From Antedon mediterranea (lineage: Eukaryota > Animalia > Echinodermata), in the NCBI RefSeq assembly GCF_964355755.1, contig NC_092672.1, forward strand, positions 682,001 through 746,000: a stretch of 64,000 nt of DNA. Direction: 5' to 3'. Shown here piece after piece: positions 63,600 through 64,000 of the stretch. The translations under genes were made by a program, and so were the position numbers. The notes under the pieces were generated by a model. The model was given only the letters and a program-made list of their open reading frames with translations, had not been told where the DNA came from and did not search any database. Position 1 is the first letter of the stretch. Each line of letters begins with the position of its first letter.

Positions 63600-64000
63600 G
63601 TGTTGGACAAGCTGAGTAAAGTAATTATGAATTACTGGACAATCCTAAAATGAATAGATAGAAGACATACATTACGACAGGAACAGTATAGAAACAGAAT
63701 GACTACACAGGAAGGGACCAGAGGAAGATACAAGATGAAAAAAAGGAAAGAGGGGATGCAGTGGCAGCACACAGCTGGTCCTTTCTATACATTTTGAAAC
63801 TTTGTTCCTGTTTTAAACATTAACAATTGGGAGTGGGAACAGGTCCTTGTTGGCCCTATAATCTACCTCTATTAGTACATTTTATTATTGTAGAAAGAAA
63901 CATTGTGTGTGCAAAACTAAGCTACAAATACTGCAGTTACCGCAAAAGTAGTATGCAAAATAACATTCCTTCAGTTGCAGCTTCTAGAATTACTGCAGTT

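Overview
AT-rich, intron-containing genomic DNA from an invertebrate animal; the taxon cannot be fixed from the sequence. Four protein-coding genes can be reconstructed by hand. (1) The 5' part of TRAPPC11 (minus strand, 4 exons in window, 2891->142, continues off the left edge). (2) A complete CaMKK gene (plus strand, 15 coding exons, about 607 aa, 23005..45480), with a GC-AG intron and a probable N-myristoylated start MGTGSSAIC. (3) MED21 (minus strand, 4 exons, 143 aa, 59004->48502). (4) A RING/B-box/coiled-coil/filamin/NHL TRIM protein with an intronless CDS (61017..63599), head-to-head with MED21. Introns are packed with minisatellites (19-97 bp units) and non-autonomous DNA transposons whose TIR/TSD signatures point to Kolobok, Tc1/pogo, PIF/Harbinger, MULE, Ginger-like and hAT superfamilies; SINE and L2-like LINE fragments are also present. 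No CRISPR array or prokaryote-type system is present. The most interesting signals are tandem repeats that amplify real splice sites, a LINE fragment that supplies a splice donor, TACAGTA/TACTGTA transposon-excision-like footprints with internal empty-site controls, the lipidation-motif CaMKK N-terminus, and a duplicated CaMKK terminal exon.
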